NCBI GenBank assembly: GCA_965235115.1
Contig: OZ249436.1
Span: 43,650,001 to 43,714,000, forward strand
DNA: 64,000 bases
Direction: 5' to 3'
Source: Laetmonice hystrix
Taxonomy: Eukaryota
Made by a program: the position numbers and the translations under genes. The stretch's first letter is position 1. The number at the start of each line of letters is the position of its first letter. The notes beneath the pieces are model-generated. The model was not told the DNA's origin, did not search any database, and was given only the letters and a program-made list of their open reading frames with translations. This document shows, one piece after another, positions 58,690 to 64,000 of the stretch.

Positions 58690-60460
58690 CTGCTGCTGTT
58701 GTCGATACGACCGCGTCCGTACGCTTTCCCCGACCGCCACCCATTCACGGCGCGTCGCGGTCTATAGGTGTTAGCTCGTACTAGCTTGGTTCCCGCCTCC
58801 CGTGTAGGTGGCGCTAGGCGCGCACGGTAGGCTAGGCACAAAGGTTGACGTCATCGCTCGTCCGGAAGTAAACAAAAGCACGTGGAGTCGATCTAGCGGT
58901 ACCGATCTAGCTGTTGGAATCACGGAGAAATGGCAAGTTTTTGTTGGAGTGGTAGGTCTTATGGCCCGTAATAATTTGATTTTACATCTCATATCACCTA
59001 GGCTATGGCTATATTATATTTATAGCTCCCATCATCTCTCCTCGTCCCCCACTACCTGGACGCTTGCGAGTCCTTGTACAACTGCTGCCAGTGCTGGTTA
59101 CCTGCCTAGCTGGCATCACGTCACTTGAGCCCGCCGCGAATGATCCCGGGGGGCCGCCGGGGCTGTGCCCGGGGTGAGCGAGGGAGCAGTGGCCAGTTAC
59201 TCGCCCGCTCGCTTACTCGCTCAAACTGCCGCGGGCCCGCCGGCCGCTCGCTCGCTCGCTGCCGGGGCTTGTAGCAGGCCTCGGCCGGTCCATTCGGCCG
59301 GGACTTGTACAGGGAGCCTCGCCCTCGGCCAGTCGGTTCGGCCTGGGCTTGTTGATCGAGGCGGATCTAGGATTTTTAAACGATTGCCGAGAATTGGACT
59401 ATATAATTGGCTGACCTACACCAACCAGCACCAGGGCGCCGCTACCGTCTGCTTTGACGGGACCCTTGGCCTTGCTGGGTCGGCGGGCGCAGTCAAATCG
59501 CGTCGGGCTCATACGCCGTGTATTTGTTCCGAACATTAAAACGGTCGCTGTCATGAGACGAAATGCGACATATTACTCATATCTGTACCACATCATGAGA
59601 TACATCCCCTTTGTGATTTACCAAATTTTCAGCCATATGTCGCGATCCAGTAAAATTTTAGAGGAATTCAAACATGAAACGAACCCATCAGACTACCTCT
59701 CAATCGACCTATTATCGCCCAATGGGGGTCACCCGATACTTCTCGTTTTCTTTACAATTTCTCCCATTAACTCTCAAACCTTGACCTTAAGGTTGTACGG
59801 TAAAGTGTATAAACATTTTAGGAACGTTCTAACAGTTAATTATAAATAATAAACTGTTAGTGCTACTTATTTTCCTTTTTTTCCGCGCACACGATCGCCT
59901 TTTCTGGCCGCACAGGCTCACGTGGTTTGTTTACATCTGAGCGCAAAGGATTGTGGGTGATGACGTAAACCTTTGTGCAAGACCTACACCAGTACTGGCA
60001 GTAGGTCGCGGAACAAGGCTATAGCTCGTACTAACGGTGGCAGACTCGGAACGAGCCGACCAGCCGATGTCGGTCACGCGTCACGTCCAGTCACCGGCTC
60101 CCCTACCTGCCCCCCCCCCTCTCCCTCCCTCCTGCCGTGTCCACGGGGCGTGAGCACATGAAGAATGGCGCTGGAACAGTCAGATGCGGAACGACGTTTA
60201 ATAGAACGCTTGGTTCGCTGGTAGGTAAGCGTGGGTCCACACCAAGCCGACCCGTTAACGGCCGAGTCAGCGACTCGCTGCGTGAAGTCGGCTACCTGAC
60301 GTTAACCAGACCGGGAGGTGCTGAGAAAGTTGGGGGCGGGTTCCCCCCTCACCTGAGTAGGTTACCTGGCACGTGTGAGTTGACAGTCAACAGTAGGTGG
60401 TCAACACGGGAGACCGGTGCAGTGGGTGTGCGTACATGGGAAGCAGCTAAGGTGGAGTAG
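58690..60460. promoter_or_regulatory. CpG-rich promoter-like region upstream of the PDZ gene
   Basis: High CpG density; TGACGTCA (~58846), CCGGAAGT (58862), GTAAACA and CACGTG (58880) clustered. Confidence 0.45.
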
Positions 60461-61072
60461 ATGGATTTATCTGTCCATGTAACGGTGATGCAGGATTTGT
60501 TATGGATGCAGGTGTTGTGGACCAACGTCTGCTCCCGGAAGGTGAAGTCACTAGTAAGTCCACGATAGACTTATATATGACATTAATGCTGCTACTGTTG
60601 GTAAACCTATATGTAAGGCTGTGGATAGGTAAACCTATCTGAGGCTGTGGATCCAGGCCTACCTACAGAACCCCCCGCGAAGGTAGATCTAAGTCTTTAC
60701 CTTCACGTGGGTTAACGCGTGTGTTTACCAACTTTAGTCAATCAAATTGCATGTTAAGGCGTCCACACAGCTGAGAAGATTTCCGGATAAATGATAATGT
60801 TATAATTATCTTTATCTCAACTGACACCTGGTATCCTGACGTATGGCTTAGCGGACGCAGGACACGATGTGGAATCTTTAGGACACCACCAATGGATGAT
60901 TAGTCCTGTACTCTGTGTGACATCCAGATAGCAAGGTACAGGTCATCGGAGATCAACTGTGGTCAAGTCCCAATTGTTCCTCACAGCTGTCCTTTAAAAA
61001 ACCAGCGAAAGTGACACAATCTCCACAATATCCAGCGCCCGTATAGTTGAAACAAGCCACAGATTTGGAGCG

Positions 61073-61551
61073 ATGAAGCGACCACATAGTCCACATCCCT
61101 TATTGATGGCCAGAGTGGGTCTCAGGGATGAGGGGCCGGAGGATGAGGAGGACGAGGATGAGGAAGATCAGGACGGACATGTCCACCATCCCACCTATCC
61201 ATCCAACCCTGCACACGTGCCGTCCAGACCCTCACGTGCCCAGCGTGTACCTCCTCCTAAACCACCCCGGACCGGGAGAGTGTTCAGGGTGGAGTTCCAC
61301 CTTCCACAAGGGTCCAACCTCCAGCACCTGGGTGTGATTGTTGGTCTGGAGGAGAGACAGGAGGTCAAGGACAGACAAGAACTCCTCCAGGAAGCGGGAC
61401 AGGAGGATGAGGAGCAGGAGGAATACTATGTGGCTGTGACAGGGTTCGTGGCGCGCTCCATGGCGGAGGAGAGTGGAAGGTTGAAGGCGGGAGATGAAAT
61501 CATTGAGATTAACGGGATTAGGACTAACGAAATGAGTGATGGCAAAGTACG
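61073..61551 (+). CDS. 5' coding exon of a PDZ-domain protein (partial; continues beyond this exon)
   Basis: ORF ends with VAVTGFVARSMAEESGRLKAGDEIIEINGIRTNEM, a PDZ alphaA-betaD signature (GRL..GD.I.E.NG), followed by donor CG|gtgagt at 61551/61552. Start codon uncertain; upstream acceptor at 60986. Confidence 0.7.
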
Positions 61552-61627
61552 GTGAGTCCCAGCTTTCTATGTTACCAATGGAGTATTCAACACCAAACAT
61601 AAAACAGTAGGCATCTCACAGGGTCAC

Positions 61628-61903
61628 CGGAAGTTATTGTAAAGTGGGCGGGGCATGGTAAATTTTTGACCTCTGAAGTTATTGTAAAGTGGGTGGGGCA
61701 TGGTAAATTTTTGACCTCTGAAGTTATTGTAAAGTGGGTGGGGCATGGTAAATTTTTGACCTCTGAAGTTATTGTAAAGTGGGTGGGGCATGGTAAATTT
61801 TTGACCTCTGAAGTTATTGTAAAGTGGGTGGGGCATGATAAATTTTTGACCTCTGAAGTTATTGTAAAGTGGGTGGGGCATGTCAAATTTTTGACCTCCG
61901 AAG
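61628..61903. repeat. Minisatellite, 45-bp unit, 6 copies
   Basis: gaagttattgtaaagtgggtggggcatggtaaatttttgacctct repeated. Confidence 0.95.
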
Positions 61904-63632
61904 AGTCAACCGTTGATTTGTGATTATTGATGATCTTATACCGGAAGCTTTGACTTTTTCTTTGGATTTGGGTAATCTTGAGCGGCATTGGTCCAAGCTG
62001 GCTGATCCAGAGCTGCTTCTGTATAGGCTGCTTTCCAATATACGATTGGTGCACAGGAACATGACCAGCACTAACAACCATGCCGAGCCTGATCCTGCAG
62101 GTCGTGTGTTATTACCGATGTCCTCAGCTCATGTTTATAGGAAAACTACATTGATTGCCCAATTGGTTGGCTCACCACCTGACCAAAATGGCAAACACAT
62201 GGCCCAGTCCAGATGTAGGATGACCTAGTTGTAACTTAAGTACACGTACATGCGTGAATTTTCATTCTCGTCTAATATTTTAAACACTAGTATTATAATA
62301 TTGATCAGAATCTTCCCCTTTGCAATCGAAAACAGAACAGAATCAGCAATATATTAAACGGTTTTTGCCAACTACATGTACATTCTTTTATTTGAATGCC
62401 CCCACCCAGAGGGTCAGACTTACCCTTTACCCCAACTGGTCATACAGTACGGGACTGTGACGTAATGATTGGTCTCTGAAGTTCCCGTTGTAGCTGTTAC
62501 AATCAGGAACCGTCCATTGGAACAACCAGTCCCTAATGCAAAGGTCGGTATTATTGCCCCACTTAATATAATGCCATTAAGTTTATATCATTTTTATTTG
62601 GGGCTAACGGATAAATCAAGATCCCTTTAAGGAACTCCCAAATCATGGTTGGGTGTAAAATATGACTTTTGTTTATCTCAGCACCGCCCGGTGGGAGTTT
62701 TCAGTCAGGTGAAGTTATAAAGTATATGCTAGGGGCGTTATTTAGTATGACGTCACGGGGAAAAAATAAAGGCTTGATAGTCAAGTTGTCTTCCCACAGT
62801 TTTTGCAATAAACTCCCATTTTATTATCCTGAAACAGTCTGCCTTCTATATGTGGGGCACTACAACACCCCAGGAGCCCTAAAGGTATCGCTATAGATCT
62901 ATACCCTGTGGTCACCCAGCAGTCATCTTACACCTGAACACCCCCCCCCCCCCACACACACACCCTCCCCCATGACCGTGGGAAGATGGTGAAGTACTTA
63001 CATATATCTTGGTTTCTGTTCACCTATAGAGATTGCATACAGCTGAAGCGGTGTAGCTGACAGCTGGTTTTTCTAATCACAGCCTTTGACAATTGACCAC
63101 GCCAAGAATAGACTGGCGAGAACAACGAGCCAATCAGTAACTAGACTCAGTATTTTCAGAAGTTTCAAGTTTCAAGACGTTAATTTTCAAAGTTGAACGT
63201 TTGTACCCATGATACACCAGTAGCCTACTGTTAGAGGGTTTGGTCCCCCCCTCCCACACACCCTCACACACACATCTGACATTGTTAATGTGGTCTCGGG
63301 CCAGTACTCCCACTCGCGACAGATCTTACCCTCATCCATCATGAGCTTGTTTTCCCCATTCATGATTTTCAAAATTCACCAGTGTACACAAACAAGTGGA
63401 GCCGATATTGTCGCCAAAACACATCCAATTTGTCAATCTCAACTGCTCAGTTTTCTGGAGGCATATTTAGTTACTAGAAATGTCTCTAATTCCTCTCCTA
63501 AAAAACCTACCCTGGGAGAACTTTGTAACTCCTTACGGATCAGTTGTTCAATTTGATTGGAGAAGGATCCTATAAATACCCAGGGGAGTATAACCTGTTC
63601 ACGTCGCCACCAAGGTCAGGGTTCATTTCCGC

Positions 63633-63808
63633 CTACAGTAAGTCAGAAGTAATCCATGGTTCAGACAGTAAGTCAGAAGTAATCCATGGTTCATACAGTA
63701 AGTCAGAAGTAATCCATGGTTCATACAGTAAGTCAGAAGTAATCCATGGTTCAGACAGTAAGTCAGAAGTAATCCATGGTTCGTACAGTAAGTCAGAAGT
63801 AATCCATG
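63633..63808. repeat. Minisatellite, 30-bp unit, 6 copies
   Basis: acagtaagtcagaagtaatccatggttca(g/t) repeated. Confidence 0.95.
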
Positions 63809-64000
63809 TTGTCCCAGACGTTCTGGATGATGTCATGGTCATGGTCATGGTCCTGAGATAGGACATTAAACACAGCTGAAGGTCTTATATTAGGATTAGT
63901 ACAGGGCAGTGGGGGATCCAGAATTTTGATAAGGGGGGGGGGGACCAGGATTTCGATAAGGGGGACCATCAGGATTTTGATAAGGGGGAGGCCCACCAGA

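Overview
Eukaryotic (invertebrate, probably mollusc/lophotrochozoan) genomic DNA with spliceosomal genes. It contains a cytochrome b561 gene (+, 4 coding exons), CFAP141/C1orf189 (-), a complete 26-coding-exon Bloom-syndrome RecQ helicase BLM (-, about 1505 aa by manual exon chaining) lying head-to-head with RPL36 (+), and a 5' coding exon of a PDZ-domain gene (+). There are also many minisatellites and MITEs (Kolobok/T2-like, Tc1-like, Harbinger-like, and CAG..CTG elements with 5-bp TSDs). Main finding: the 19-kb BLM intron holds, on the opposite (+) strand at about 36.7-43.1 kb, about 32 pre-miRNA-like hairpins. All carry (U/A)AGCACC, the miR-29-family seed, at the start of the 3' arm. They comprise 11 diverged paralogues with co-varying stems plus a young tandem amplification (18 near-identical and 3 flanking copies), downstream of a TATA/CCAAT/Sox promoter-like region, an architecture recalling miR-430-type seed-amplified clusters. 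A second theme is that several minisatellites have amplified BLM splice signals (a GC donor x8, an in-frame acceptor x~21, a branch-point motif x~17). All calls were made by eye; no folding program or database search was run.
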